Shown: positions 52,453 to 62,797, counted from the first letter of the stretch. The stretch: 64,000 nt of DNA from Alphaproteobacteria bacterium (GCA_965214705.1 CBDCCI010000002.1:1024001-1088000); one strand, 5' to 3'. The notes: a model not told the origin generated them from the letters alone. Translations and numbers: made by a program.

Positions 52453-53715
52453 GTGATCGCCGCCCTCGACATCGGCACGACCAAGGTGGCCTGCCTCCTC
52501 GCCCACCGCGACACCGAAGGCACGCTCGCCGTCGTCGGCAGTGGCCAGGAAGTCGCCGCCGGCCTGCACGCCGGCCGGGTCGTCGACATGGAAGCGGCGG
52601 AGGGTGCAATCCGCACCGCCGTCCATCGGGCCGAGCGGATGGCCGGCGAGAACGTCCGCAGCGTCTTCGTCGGCACGTCGGGCGGCGCGCCCAGCTCCAG
52701 CTTCGCCAATGTCGAGGTTGAGATCGGCGGGCGTGAGGTCACGGAGCACGACATCCAGCGCGCGTACGACCAGCTTCACGTGTCGGACGATGGGGGCGAG
52801 CGCGACATCGTGCACGCCGTGCCCATCGACTACGCCCTCGACGGAGCGCCCGGAATCAGGGACCCGCGCGGCATGTACGCGGACAGCCTCCAGGTGCGCT
52901 TGCACATGGTGAGCGTCGCCCACGGGAGCCTGCGCAATTTGCTGTCCTGCGTCTCCCGCTGCGATCTGCAGGTCGCCGCGCCGGTGGCCGCCGGCTACGC
53001 CTCGGGCCTCGCGTGTCTGGTCTCCGACGAGTTCGATCTGGGTGCCACCTGCATCGACATCGGTGGCGGCACGACCAAGCTCGCGATCTTCGGCGGCGGC
53101 AATCTGATGTGGACCGAGACGCTCCCCATCGGCGGGGATCACGTCACCAACGACATCGCGCAGGGGTTGTCGACACCGATCGCAAGCGCGGAGCGCATGA
53201 AGCGGCTGCACGGGAGCCCGGCGGACGAAACGGCGGACGGTAACGACAGCATCGAGGTGCCGGAGATCGGCCCTGAGAACGGCTGCGCCGGCTCCGTCCA
53301 CCATGTGCCGCGCTCGATGCTTACGCGAATCGTGCGCGCCCGCATGGAAGAAATCCTCGAATTCGCTCGCGCCCGCATCGAAGCGAGCGGGCTCGACAAG
53401 TGGTCGGGGAACCGCGTCGTCATCAGCGGCGGCGCAAGCCAGAGCTTCGCCATGGCCGAGCTCGCGAGCCGCATCCTCGACAAGCAGGTGCGGCTCGCTC
53501 GCCCGCTCTCACTCCCCGGTCTGGCGCAAGCCGTCTCGGGCCCCGAGTTCGCAACCAGTGCCGGCCTGCTCGTCTACGCAATGCGCAAGCACGCGGAGCC
53601 GTGGACCAAGTCCGCCCGTGACGAGTCGGTCGGGCGCTTCACGAACACCCTGTCGCACCTCGGCCGCTGGCTGAGGGGCAACTTCTCGGAACACACGGAT
53701 CAAAGAACACCGTAA
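52453..53715 (+). CDS. ftsA: Cell division protein FtsA
   Basis: [26 protein letters not shown] and C-terminal amphipathic helix (GRWLRGNF). First plausible in-frame start is GTG 52453. Confidence 0.95.
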   Translation: MIAALDIGTTKVACLLAHRDTEGTLAVVGSGQEVAAGLHAGRVVDMEAAEGAIRTAVHRAERMAGENVRSVFVGTSGGAPSSSFANVEVEIGGREVTEHDIQRAYDQLHVSDDGGERDIVHAVPIDYALDGAPGIRDPRGMYADSLQVRLHMVSVAHGSLRNLLSCVSRCDLQVAAPVAAGYASGLACLVSDEFDLGATCIDIGGGTTKLAIFGGGNLMWTETLPIGGDHVTNDIAQGLSTPIASAERMKRLHGSPADETADGNDSIEVPEIGPENGCAGSVHHVPRSMLTRIVRARMEEILEFARARIEASGLDKWSGNRVVISGGASQSFAMAELASRILDKQVRLARPLSLPGLAQAVSGPEFATSAGLLVYAMRKHAEPWTKSARDESVGRFTNTLSHLGRWLRGNFSEHTDQRTP

Positions 53716-53726
53716 AGGAGGGCACC

Positions 53727-55694
53727 ATGACCATCGATTTCATGCCGGAGCGGCAACCGGAAAACCGACCGCGCATCACGGTCTTCGGAGTCGGCGGCGC
53801 TGGCGGCAATGCCGTCAACAACATGATCGCCGGCGAGCTGGAGGGCGTCGACTTCGTCGCCGCCAACACCGACGCGCAGTCGCTCTTCCAGTCGCTGTGC
53901 GAGAATCGTGTCCGCCTCGGTGTCAACATCACCCAGGGGCTGGGCGCCGGCGCACGCGCCGATATCGGCAAGGTGGCCGCGGAGGAAGCCCTCGACGATA
54001 TCCAGAGCTACCTGCAAGGGAACAACATGGTGTTCATCGCCGCCGGCATGGGCGGCGGCACCGGCACAGGTGCCGCGCCCGTGATCGCCCGCGCGGCGCG
54101 GGAGCACGGCATCCTCACCGTGGGCGTCGTCACCAAGCCCTTCCACTTCGAAGGCTCGCAGCGCATGCGGATCGCGGAGCGCGGCATTCAGGAACTCCAC
54201 CAGTACGTGGACACGCTGATCGTCATCCCGAACCAGAACTTGTTCTGCGTGGCGAGCGAGGACACCACCTTCGCGGACGCCTTCGGCATGGCCGACGACG
54301 TGCTGCACGCGGGCGTGCGTGGGGTCACCGATCTGATGGTCAATCCCGGCCTCATCAACCTCGATTTCGCCGACATCCGCACGGTGATGGGCACCATGGG
54401 CAAGGCGATGATGGGCACCGGGGAGGCCGAGGGCGAGAACCGCGCCACCGAAGCGGCCGAGGCGGCGATCAACAACCCGCTGCTCGACAATGCGTCGATC
54501 GAAGGGGCGCGCGGGGTGCTGATCAACGTCACCGGCGGCACCGATGTCACGCTCCACGAAGTGGATACGGCGGCATCGCGCATCTGCAAGCAGGTCGACG
54601 AAGAGGCCACCATCATCTTCGGCACCAGCCTCGATCAGAAGATGGACGGATATATGCGCGTTGCCGTGATCGCCACGGGAATCGATTCCGACGAGGTTCG
54701 CGCGCCGATCCCCGACTCCACCGACAACATCCACGTCCTCGGCTTTTCCGACCGCAAGGGCGCGAGCGGCGGTGGCTCCACGATGTCGGCGGCTGAGCCC
54801 GAGAAGGAAGCGGCTGAACCGGCAGCGGCACCGCCCTCCGCAGCGACCGGAACGGACGAGTCCGACCTTGTCATCCCGGTGGCCGAGGCGGTCGCGGAGT
54901 CGGCGGCGGTAGTCAGCGGCGGGACCCAGTCCGCGCCGGCAGTGTCCACCACGCCGCAGCCGTCGGCCTCTCCCAGCGCTCAGAACCCCGCGCCACCCGA
55001 GGCGCGGGCGAGGCAGGAGCACAGGGCGGTGGCGGCGAGCGCTTCCGGCGCCGTCGCGGCCCGGGCGACCGTCGCGACCGCCGAAGCGAAAGCCGAGCGA
55101 CCGGCGGCGCGGTTCACGCCGCCGGAAGCCAGGACGCCCGAGAAGAAGCCCAGCCTGCCACTCGACCGCCCAGCAACCGATCGCCAGCGGACCGAGCGTC
55201 CAGCAATCGAGCGTCCGGCGCCCTCACCCCGCCGTGTGGAAGGCAGCGATGCCACGCCGTCCGGCAGGCCCTCGCTCTTCGAGCGGATGACCGGCACCGG
55301 GCGGGCACGCCGGAATGGCGTTGAGGGTGAAACGTCTTCGACCGGCACGGCACCGCGCACGCCCACGTCGGCAGAGGCGAAGCCGGGTGGCCCGCAGAAG
55401 AGCGGTCCGGAGGCCCGGCTCCGTTCGGAGCCGTCGTCGCGCACCGAAAAGGCGCCGGCGCCCGGCGGCGGGACGCCAAAGCCGACTGCCTCGGCGCCAA
55501 CGCCCGCCCCGGCGCTGGGCGGTGAGACGAGCGGGGCACCGGCGCCGTCACCGACGCTGGGAAGCAATGCGCCCAAGGCCGCAGCGCCCACGCCCGGGCC
55601 GCTCCTCGACGGGTTTTCGCCCTCCAGCAGGGCGCCCGGCGGTACGGAGGACCCGCTCGACATTCCGGCGTTTCTCCGCCGTCAGGCAAACTGA
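53727..55694 (+). CDS. ftsZ: Cell division protein FtsZ (long linker)
   Basis: [24 protein letters not shown] and C-terminal [12 protein letters not shown]. Confidence 0.98.
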   Translation: MTIDFMPERQPENRPRITVFGVGGAGGNAVNNMIAGELEGVDFVAANTDAQSLFQSLCENRVRLGVNITQGLGAGARADIGKVAAEEALDDIQSYLQGNNMVFIAAGMGGGTGTGAAPVIARAAREHGILTVGVVTKPFHFEGSQRMRIAERGIQELHQYVDTLIVIPNQNLFCVASEDTTFADAFGMADDVLHAGVRGVTDLMVNPGLINLDFADIRTVMGTMGKAMMGTGEAEGENRATEAAEAAINNPLLDNASIEGARGVLINVTGGTDVTLHEVDTAASRICKQVDEEATIIFGTSLDQKMDGYMRVAVIATGIDSDEVRAPIPDSTDNIHVLGFSDRKGASGGGSTMSAAEPEKEAAEPAAAPPSAATGTDESDLVIPVAEAVAESAAVVSGGTQSAPAVSTTPQPSASPSAQNPAPPEARARQEHRAVAASASGAVAARATVATAEAKAERPAARFTPPEARTPEKKPSLPLDRPATDRQRTERPAIERPAPSPRRVEGSDATPSGRPSLFERMTGTGRARRNGVEGETSSTGTAPRTPTSAEAKPGGPQKSGPEARLRSEPSSRTEKAPAPGGGTPKPTASAPTPAPALGGETSGAPAPSPTLGSNAPKAAAPTPGPLLDGFSPSSRAPGGTEDPLDIPAFLRRQAN

Positions 55695-55936
55695 ACGGGG
55701 TGTTAGGCCAGATGAACAGAAGAAAAGGACTGTAACATCTCGTAACAAACAGTGATTTGCTCGCTTGTGGCGCGTTTGTCAGGATTGTTCCCGATCGAGA
55801 TCGCCGCTTCCTCTCGCGGCTAGGTCGAGCCCGGCTGGCAAACGCGCCACATGCCTTGGCAAGACCGGCAAGACGAAGGGGCGGCGATCCGGCGTGAATG
55901 GCCAAGGGAGCGCCCCGCGCCCATAACAATAGACTG

Positions 55937-56851
55937 ATGATCCCGCAGCAAACCCTCAAATCGGCTATTCACTGCGCCGGCATCGGCGTCCACGGCAACC
56001 GCAAGGTGCGCATGGAGTTGCGCCCGGCGCCGCCCGGCACCGGCATCGTCTTCTGCCGCACCGACCGGCCGGCGGGCTCCGATCGGACGATCGAGGCGGT
56101 CTACGGCAACGTCGTCGACGCGGCGCTCTGTACGGCGATCGGCACCGGCACGGTCTCGGTCCGGACCATCGAACACCTCATGGCTGCCTTCGCCGGCTGC
56201 GGCATCGACAATGCAGTGGTCGAGCTGGATGGCGAGGAGGTTCCCGCGATGGACGGGAGCGCCGCGCCGTTCGTCTTCCTTATCGAGTGCGCCGGCATCG
56301 TCGAGCAATGCGCGCCCAGGCGCATGATCGAAGTTCTCAAGCCGGTCAGTCTCGGCGACGACAACCGGTATATCAGCGTGACTCCATCGGATACGTTCTC
56401 CATTCGCTGCGATATCGACTTCGACCATCCAGCGCTGGGCTATCAGTCGGTCGTCTTCGATCCGCTGCACACCAGCTTCCGCACCGAGCTCGCACGGGCC
56501 CGGACCTTCTGCCGGGAGTCGGACGTGGCAGGCATCCTCGCCGCCGGCATGGGCCAGGGCGGATCTCTGGAGAACACTGTGGTCATCGGCGACGATGGCC
56601 CCCTCAATGAGGACGGGCTGCGCTATGACGATGAGTGCGCGCGCCACAAGGCGCTCGACCTCATCGGCGACCTTTACCTCGCTGGCGCGCCGATCATCGG
56701 CCATGTCCGCTGTCTGCGCTCCGGCCACGGCATGAATCACGCGCTCCTCTCCGCCCTGCTGGACGATCCCGGCGCGTGGCGCCTCGTCGGTGATGAGGGG
56801 GATGCGGCTTACGGAGAACCGGACCGCGAACCGGTTGCCGCCATCGCCTGA
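55937..56851 (+). CDS. lpxC: UDP-3-O-acyl-GlcNAc deacetylase
   Basis: QQTLK..I...GIGVH, TIEHLMAA, DGSA, ARARTF and HKALDLIGDL. Confidence 0.96.
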   Translation: MIPQQTLKSAIHCAGIGVHGNRKVRMELRPAPPGTGIVFCRTDRPAGSDRTIEAVYGNVVDAALCTAIGTGTVSVRTIEHLMAAFAGCGIDNAVVELDGEEVPAMDGSAAPFVFLIECAGIVEQCAPRRMIEVLKPVSLGDDNRYISVTPSDTFSIRCDIDFDHPALGYQSVVFDPLHTSFRTELARARTFCRESDVAGILAAGMGQGGSLENTVVIGDDGPLNEDGLRYDDECARHKALDLIGDLYLAGAPIIGHVRCLRSGHGMNHALLSALLDDPGAWRLVGDEGDAAYGEPDREPVAAIA

Positions 56852-57000
56852 ACAGATGCCGCTCGAATGGCGGCGCTGCACGGCTAATTCCACTCCCGAC
56901 ATTCGACATTAGTATTGAGACTCCGACGCGCGCGGCCTGCGCCCGCGGACGGGGGTCGTTTGCCACCAACGCGCGAAAGCCAACGAATGGAGGAGCGACA

Positions 57001-58008
57001 GTGAGAGCCTGGGAGCTCGGCGCGCAACAGGGCAGCGTGGACAGCCTGCGGATGGTCGAACGCCCCGATCCTGCACCGGCAGCGGGCGAGGCGCTGGTCA
57101 GAATTCGGGCGAGCGCGCTCAACTACCGCGATCACATGATCCTCAACCTGATCGACAGCGCGCCCAAGCCCGCGCACCGGATCCCGCTGAGCGACGGCGC
57201 CGGCGAGGTCGTGGCGGTGGGCGCCGGTGTGGATCGGGTCAAGCCCGGCGACCGGGTGATGGCGAGCCTCTTCACGAGCTGGCTCGACGGCCCGCTGCGG
57301 CCTTCTCATTTCGGCAGCGACCTCGGCGGCGGGTGCGACGGGACGCTGGCTGAGCTCGCCGCCTTTCCGGCATCGTCGCTCGTCTCGGTCCCGGACTCGC
57401 TCAGCGACGAAGAGGCCGCCTGCCTCCCTTGCGCCGGGCTTACCGCCTGGGTCTCACTGGTCGAGTTCGGGCAGATGAAGGCGGGCGACACGGTGCTGTT
57501 GCTCGGCACCGGCGGCGTCTCCATCTTCGGCCTTCAAATCGCGCGTATGATGGGGGCGGACGCGGTTATCACCTCGTCGAACGACGAGAAACTCGCCCGC
57601 GCCCGTGCGCTGGGCGCGACCCACGGCATCAACTACGTGGACGATCCGAACTGGGGCCAGACCGTCGCCGAGCTCACCGGGGGCGCCGATCTCATCATCG
57701 AGACCGGTGGCGCCGCCACGCTCGCCCAGAGCATCGAGGCTGCCGCCTTCCAGGCGCGCATCGCGCTGATCGGCATGCTGGGCGGGGTCGGCATCGAGAA
57801 CGACCCGCTCGCGCTGATCTGGAAGAACGTCCACCTCAAGGGCATTCTGGTGGGCAACCGGCGCGAATTGGATGAGATGACCAGGGCGATTGATCGCAAC
57901 GGGCTCAAGCCCGTGATCGACCGGCGCTTTCCCTTTGCCGAGGCTCCCGCCGCCTACCGCTACCTCGCCTCAGGCGCACACTTCGGCAAGATCGTGATTA
58001 CCCACTAA
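57001..58008 (+). CDS. NAD(P)-dependent MDR alcohol dehydrogenase / quinone-reductase-like protein
   Basis: ALNYRD, SDGAGEV, LPCAGLTAW, GTGGVS and HFGKIVI. GGAGG RBS. Confidence 0.9.
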   Translation: MRAWELGAQQGSVDSLRMVERPDPAPAAGEALVRIRASALNYRDHMILNLIDSAPKPAHRIPLSDGAGEVVAVGAGVDRVKPGDRVMASLFTSWLDGPLRPSHFGSDLGGGCDGTLAELAAFPASSLVSVPDSLSDEEAACLPCAGLTAWVSLVEFGQMKAGDTVLLLGTGGVSIFGLQIARMMGADAVITSSNDEKLARARALGATHGINYVDDPNWGQTVAELTGGADLIIETGGAATLAQSIEAAAFQARIALIGMLGGVGIENDPLALIWKNVHLKGILVGNRRELDEMTRAIDRNGLKPVIDRRFPFAEAPAAYRYLASGAHFGKIVITH

Positions 58009-58037
58009 GGGACACCGGGGGCAGCCCCAGTGCCCCG

Positions 58038-58484
58038 TCAATAGGTGTTCAGCTTCTCGAGGTTGGTCTTCCGCAGCTCGTCCTCGGTCAGGCCGAGGTC
58101 GTAGGCCGGCGAGAGGATCAGCTCGGCCGCCGTCACGGCGATCCTCACGTAGGCGCCCATGCGGGGCCGGTACGGGCCCCACGTGGCCTCGAAGGCGTCG
58201 TCGAGCGCGGCGTCGGCCTCGCCCCGGCGAACGATGGCGGCCGTGCCCGTCACCCGCACCGCCCTGCGGGTGACGACGTCGGTAAAGCAGACCTCGATCG
58301 CAGGATTGCGGCGCAAGTTCGCGACCGTTCCCGGCGAGCGGATATGGCCGAAGGCGAGGGTGCGGTCGTCCAGAATCACGAACGTTGCCTTGGGCGAGAC
58401 CGCCGGCGTGCCGTCAGCATTCACCGTCGCGACGGCGCCGGCAGAAAATCGCCGGATCAGCGTCTGCATCTCGTCGGTCAGCAT
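58038..58484 (-). CDS. Pyridoxamine 5'-phosphate oxidase-like FMN-binding protein
   Basis: ATVNADGTP.VSPK, RSPGT.ANL..NP.IEV and SPAYD. Confidence 0.85.
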   Translation of the reverse strand: MLTDEMQTLIRRFSAGAVATVNADGTPAVSPKATFVILDDRTLAFGHIRSPGTVANLRRNPAIEVCFTDVVTRRAVRVTGTAAIVRRGEADAALDDAFEATWGPYRPRMGAYVRIAVTAAELILSPAYDLGLTEDELRKTNLEKLNTY

Positions 58485-58507
58485 CGTGCCATCTCCACTG
58501 GCGGGAC

Positions 58508-58975
58508 CTACGGATTCGCGCCCCAGTCCGGGTCGTCGCTGGGCGCCGCCGGAATCTCGCCGGCGAGCAAACCTTTGCCCGGAATATGGTTGATCTCCAG
58601 GCGAATGCCATCGGGATCCTCGAAGACCACGAAGTAGTAGCCGGGCGCCCACTCCCGCTCCATCGGCCCGCGGTCGATCACAGCCCCCATCGTGCGCAGC
58701 TTCTCCGCCGCCTTGTCGACGTCCTCGCGCGAACGCGCACGCAGGCACAGATGGTGCAGCCCCACCCGGCTCTGCACGAAACGCTCGCCCTCATGCTCCG
58801 GCGCCGCGCGCTGGATGCCGAGCGCGGTACGCCCGCCCACGTGATAGACGAAGTGGTTGCCGTCGAAGACCTTGTGCATACCGAGGAAGGGCAGCAGCTC
58901 GCAGTAGAACGCCCGCGCCTCGTCGAAGCGGCTCACGGTGAGCACGACGTGGGCCATGCCGTTGATCTCGATCAT
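58508..58975 (-). CDS. VOC/glyoxalase family protein
   Basis: HVVLTVS, GLHHLCLRA and FEDPDGIRLE. Confidence 0.88.
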   Translation of the reverse strand: MIEINGMAHVVLTVSRFDEARAFYCELLPFLGMHKVFDGNHFVYHVGGRTALGIQRAAPEHEGERFVQSRVGLHHLCLRARSREDVDKAAEKLRTMGAVIDRGPMEREWAPGYYFVVFEDPDGIRLEINHIPGKGLLAGEIPAAPSDDPDWGANP

Positions 58976-59053
58976 CGGGTTCCTCTGGATCGGCTATCGA
59001 CGTGAAGCCGGGGCGGTCGGCACCGCTCAGCACCGCGATCACCGGTCTTTCGA

Positions 59054-60109
59054 TCAGGCGGCCTTGGATCCCAGCGGTTGACCGCCGCCGAGGCGGTTGA
59101 AGACGGCGAGCGATTCCTCGATCAGCGCCCGTTCCAACCCGCGCACGATGAAGACCACGCGGGATTGACGGCTCTCGTCCGGCCAGGCGTCGAGATGCAT
59201 CGGTGGGTGAATAATGTGCTGCACGCCGTTGATGACGATCGGCGTGCCCACGCCCTCGACGTTCAGCAGACCCTTCACCCGCAGGATGTTCTCCCCGTGA
59301 GTGTGCAGCAGCATGGTGAGCCAGATGCCGAAGGCGGTCCAATCCACCGGCTCGTCATGGATCAGGCAGAACGAGTAGATGCTGGCGTCGTGCCGGTTGA
59401 CGTCGTGAACGTGGCCGTGTGCGTGGGGGGCCGCCGTCTCCGCTTCGATCCAGCGCAGCACTTCCTGGCCCTTTTCGGCGGGGTCGTAAACATCGGCGCG
59501 GAGCACGCGCTCCACATCGACCTCGCCATGCCGCCCGATCAGGAATTCGGCGGACGGGTTGATCCGGTCGAGTCGTTGCCTCAGCGTCTCGACCGCCTCG
59601 GCTTCCGCGATATCGGTCTTGGTCAGCACGATGCGATCCGCCACCGCTGCCTGCTTGAGCGATTCCTCCTGGCGGTCGAGCTGATCGAGGCCGTTCACGG
59701 CATCGACCGTGGTGATGATCGTGCCGAGCCGGTAGTGGTAGCGGAGCGACACGTCGTTCATCAGCGTCGCGAGGATCGGCGCGGGGTCGGCAAGCCCGGT
59801 GGTCTCCACGATCATGCGGCGGTAGGGCGGCACGAGGCCGCGCGCACGCTTGTCGTGGACCTCCGTGATCGCCTGCTTGAGGTCGTCGCGGATGGTGCAG
59901 CAGAGGCAGCCGCTGGAAAGAAGGACCGTGCTCTCGTCCACGGTTTCGACGAGCTGGTGGTCGATGCCGATCTCGCCGAACTCGTTGATGAGGACCGCTG
60001 CGTCGTCGAGCGAGGGATGCTTCAAGAGCTGGTTGAGCAGCGTCGTCTTGCCGCTGCCCAGGAAGCCCGTCAGCACGATAATCGGCGTCAGTTCCGTGTA
60101 GGCGCTCAG
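59054..60109 (-). CDS. CobW/COG0523 P-loop GTPase metallochaperone
   Basis: LTGFLGSGKTT, NEFGE, GCLCC, ETTG, a His-rich patch and LRVKG. Start probably CTG 60109, alternatively GTG 60076. Confidence 0.92.
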   Translation of the reverse strand: MSAYTELTPIIVLTGFLGSGKTTLLNQLLKHPSLDDAAVLINEFGEIGIDHQLVETVDESTVLLSSGCLCCTIRDDLKQAITEVHDKRARGLVPPYRRMIVETTGLADPAPILATLMNDVSLRYHYRLGTIITTVDAVNGLDQLDRQEESLKQAAVADRIVLTKTDIAEAEAVETLRQRLDRINPSAEFLIGRHGEVDVERVLRADVYDPAEKGQEVLRWIEAETAAPHAHGHVHDVNRHDASIYSFCLIHDEPVDWTAFGIWLTMLLHTHGENILRVKGLLNVEGVGTPIVINGVQHIIHPPMHLDAWPDESRQSRVVFIVRGLERALIEESLAVFNRLGGGQPLGSKAA

Positions 60110-60153
60110 CGTGGTCTCTCCTGCATGGCCTCGCTACGGGGCGGGCGGCCCTG

Positions 60154-61038
60154 TCAGGCCGCGTCCTCGGCCGCGACGCTGCCCTTGCGCCGGTGGCGCT
60201 TCGCCTCGTCGGCGACCGCGGATGCATCGGCATCGTAGACAAGGCGGTCGGCGCCCGCGAGCGCGACGAAGCGCTTGCCGCGCGCGCGGCCGATCAGCGT
60301 GAGATTGGCCTGGCGGGCGAGCTCGACCCCCCACGCGGTGAAGCCCGAGCGCGAGATCAGGATCGGGATGCCCATGGTCACCGTCTTGATCACCATCTCG
60401 CTGGTGAGCCTCCCGGTGGTGTACATGATCTTGCCGGAGGTCCCGATTCCGTTCTGGAACATGTAGCCCGCGATCTTGTCGATGGCGTTGTGGCGGCCGA
60501 CATCCTCCATGTAGATGAGCGGCCGCGACTCTTCGCAGAGCACGCAGCCGTGGATGGCGCCAGCCGCGAGGTAGAGGCTTGGCTGCATGTTGATGGCCCG
60601 GCTCAGCGCATAGAGCCAGGAGGTCTTGAGGCGGGCATCCGGGTCCAGCACGGTCGCCTCGAAGCGCTCCATCAGGTCGCCAAACACCGTGCCCTGGGCG
60701 CAACCCGAGGTGAGCGTCTTCTTGCGCAGCGTCTCTTCGAAGTCGGTCTCGCGCCGGGTGCGAACGACGACCGTCTCGATGTCTTCGTCGTACTCGACGC
60801 CGGTTACCTCGTCGTCGTGGCGCAGCATGTTCTGGTTGAGCAGATAACCCAAAGCCAGATACTCCGGGTAGTCGCGGATCGTCATCACCGTGACGATCTC
60901 CTGTCCGTTGAGGAAGAGCGTCAGCGGCCGTTCCTCGACGACGCGAGCCTCGATCGCCGCGCCGTCCTGATCAACGCCGTCGAGCAGGCGCGTGAGATGC
61001 CCGTCGTCCGGGTCCGGCTTGACCACGAATGTTCGCAT
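60154..61038 (-). CDS. fdhD: Formate dehydrogenase accessory sulfurtransferase FdhD
   Basis: EERPLT, TSGC, GAIHG, EDVGRHNAIDK, TGRLTSEMV.K and LTLIG.AR. Confidence 0.92.
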   Translation of the reverse strand: MRTFVVKPDPDDGHLTRLLDGVDQDGAAIEARVVEERPLTLFLNGQEIVTVMTIRDYPEYLALGYLLNQNMLRHDDEVTGVEYDEDIETVVVRTRRETDFEETLRKKTLTSGCAQGTVFGDLMERFEATVLDPDARLKTSWLYALSRAINMQPSLYLAAGAIHGCVLCEESRPLIYMEDVGRHNAIDKIAGYMFQNGIGTSGKIMYTTGRLTSEMVIKTVTMGIPILISRSGFTAWGVELARQANLTLIGRARGKRFVALAGADRLVYDADASAVADEAKRHRRKGSVAAEDAA

Positions 61039-61147
61039 GGGGCGCAGGGTGCCACGGCCTTGCGCCGGGTTCCAGAACCCTGCACCCGGCTCCTATTCCC
61101 GCAGGACTCTGCGATACTAGTCAGGATAGCGGTGGAGTCGCCGACTC

Positions 61148-62584
61148 ATGACACGCAAGACATCCCCGGCCGCGCCGCCGACGCCCGAGGCAGGCGAGGC
61201 GAACGCGCCCAACCGCATGTGGGGCGGCCGGTTCGAGGCATCGCCCGACGAGGTGATGGAGGCGATCAACGCGTCCATCGACTTCGACCGCCGCCTCTAT
61301 GCCGAGGACATCGCGGGCTCGATCGCGCACGTGACCATGCTGGCCAAGCAGGGGATCGTCTCGCGGGAGGACGCGGACGCGATCGCGGACGGTCTGCGCC
61401 GGGTTCAGGCGGAAATCGAGGCCGGTGGCTTTCCCTTCGACCGGGCGCTCGAAGACATTCACATGAACATCGAGGCCCGGCTCGCCGCCTTGATCGGCCC
61501 GGCTGCCGGGCGCCTGCACACCGCACGCTCGCGCAACGACCAGGTTGCCACCGACCTGCGCCTCTGGCTGCGCGCGCGTCTCGACCAGGCCGACGCGGCA
61601 TGCCGGGGCCTTCAGGCCGCGCTCATCGACCGGGCGGAGGAGCACACGGCCACGGTCATGCCGGGCTTCACCCATCTTCAGGTGGCGCAGCCGGTTTCCT
61701 TCGGCCATCACCTCCTGGCCTACGTCGAGATGATCGGGCGGGACCGCGGGCGCCTTGCCGACTGCCGCAAGCGACTCAACGAATCGCCCCTCGGTGCCGC
61801 CGCGCTCGCCGGGACCTCGTTTCCCATCGACCGGGCCATGACCGCCGAGCTGCTCGGCTTCGACCGGCCGGCGGCCAACTCCATCGACGCGGTCTCCGAC
61901 CGCGACTTCGTGGTAGAGGCGCTGGCGGCGGCATCGCTGATCGCGATGCACCTCTCGCGCTTCGCGGAGGAGCTAGTGCTCTGGTCGAGCGCGCAGTTCG
62001 GCTTCGTCGCGCTCTCGGACCGCTTCTCGACCGGCAGCTCGATCATGCCGCAGAAGCGCAACCCGGACGCCGCCGAGCTGGTGCGCGGCAAGTCCGGGCG
62101 CATCGTCGGCGCGCTGATCGCCTTGCTGACCATGATGAAGGGCCTCGTACTCACCTATTCGAAGGACATGCAGGAGGACAAGGAGCCGCTCTTCGATGCC
62201 TTCGATTCCCTCGCACTCTGCCTCGCGGCGGCGACCGGCATGGTGCGCGACATGACCGTGAATGCGGACGCGATGGCGCGCGCCGCCGGCACCGGCCACG
62301 CGACCGCCACCGACCTTGCCGACTGGCTGGTGCAGGAGGCCGGCGTTCCGTTCCGCGAGGCCCACGCGATCACCGGGCGGATCGTGAAGCTCGCGGATGA
62401 GAAGGGTTGCGAACTCAAGGATTTGGCGCTCGCCGACCTGCAGGCCATCGAGCCGCGGATTACCGCCGACGTGGTGGCATTGCTCGACCCCGCCACGGCC
62501 ATCGCGCGCCGCACCAGCGAGGGCGGCACCGCACCCAGCGAGGTCGCAAAACAGGTTGCCCGCGCCCGGCAGCGTTTCCTATAG
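61148..62584 (+). CDS. argH: Argininosuccinate lyase
   Basis: MWGGRF, EDIH, RSRNDQ, PGFTHLQ and [12 protein letters not shown]. Confidence 0.97.
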   Translation: MTRKTSPAAPPTPEAGEANAPNRMWGGRFEASPDEVMEAINASIDFDRRLYAEDIAGSIAHVTMLAKQGIVSREDADAIADGLRRVQAEIEAGGFPFDRALEDIHMNIEARLAALIGPAAGRLHTARSRNDQVATDLRLWLRARLDQADAACRGLQAALIDRAEEHTATVMPGFTHLQVAQPVSFGHHLLAYVEMIGRDRGRLADCRKRLNESPLGAAALAGTSFPIDRAMTAELLGFDRPAANSIDAVSDRDFVVEALAAASLIAMHLSRFAEELVLWSSAQFGFVALSDRFSTGSSIMPQKRNPDAAELVRGKSGRIVGALIALLTMMKGLVLTYSKDMQEDKEPLFDAFDSLALCLAAATGMVRDMTVNADAMARAAGTGHATATDLADWLVQEAGVPFREAHAITGRIVKLADEKGCELKDLALADLQAIEPRITADVVALLDPATAIARRTSEGGTAPSEVAKQVARARQRFL

Positions 62585-62632
62585 AAGCGCGCCCCGGCCG
62601 GTTTGCCGGGGCCGCTCGGAGGGCCGGATCAC

Positions 62633-62785
62633 ATGATACGCAAGCTCAGCCTTCTGATGACGATCATCGCCGCGATCGGCTTGGTCGTGGCGCTCTCGAG
62701 CTGCGGCAGAAAGGGGCCGCTTGAGCCCCCGCCCGCCGAGGCTCACTTGCTGCCCCCAGCCGCACCTGCCACGTACCAAGCCTGA
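62633..62785 (+). CDS. lptM: Small lipoprotein, LptM/YifL family
   Basis: Lipobox LSS|C followed by CGRKGPL.PP. Conserved position just upstream of lysA. Confidence 0.8.
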   Translation: MIRKLSLLMTIIAAIGLVVALSSCGRKGPLEPPPAEAHLLPPAAPATYQA

Positions 62786-62797
62786 CGGGCGCCTGAC

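Noticed and set aside
55730-55750. CtrA box upstream of lpxC
   Set aside because: The repeat period is 10 bp and the half-sites are GTAAC, not TTAA-N7-TTAA.
58009-58037. Hairpin between convergent MDR and PNPOx-like genes as an intrinsic terminator
   Set aside because: Imperfect stem with no U-tract on either side; too weak to call.
60193-62400. 735-aa ORF spanning fdhD and argH
   Set aside because: Antisense to fdhD, then an off-frame overlap of argH; a shadow ORF.
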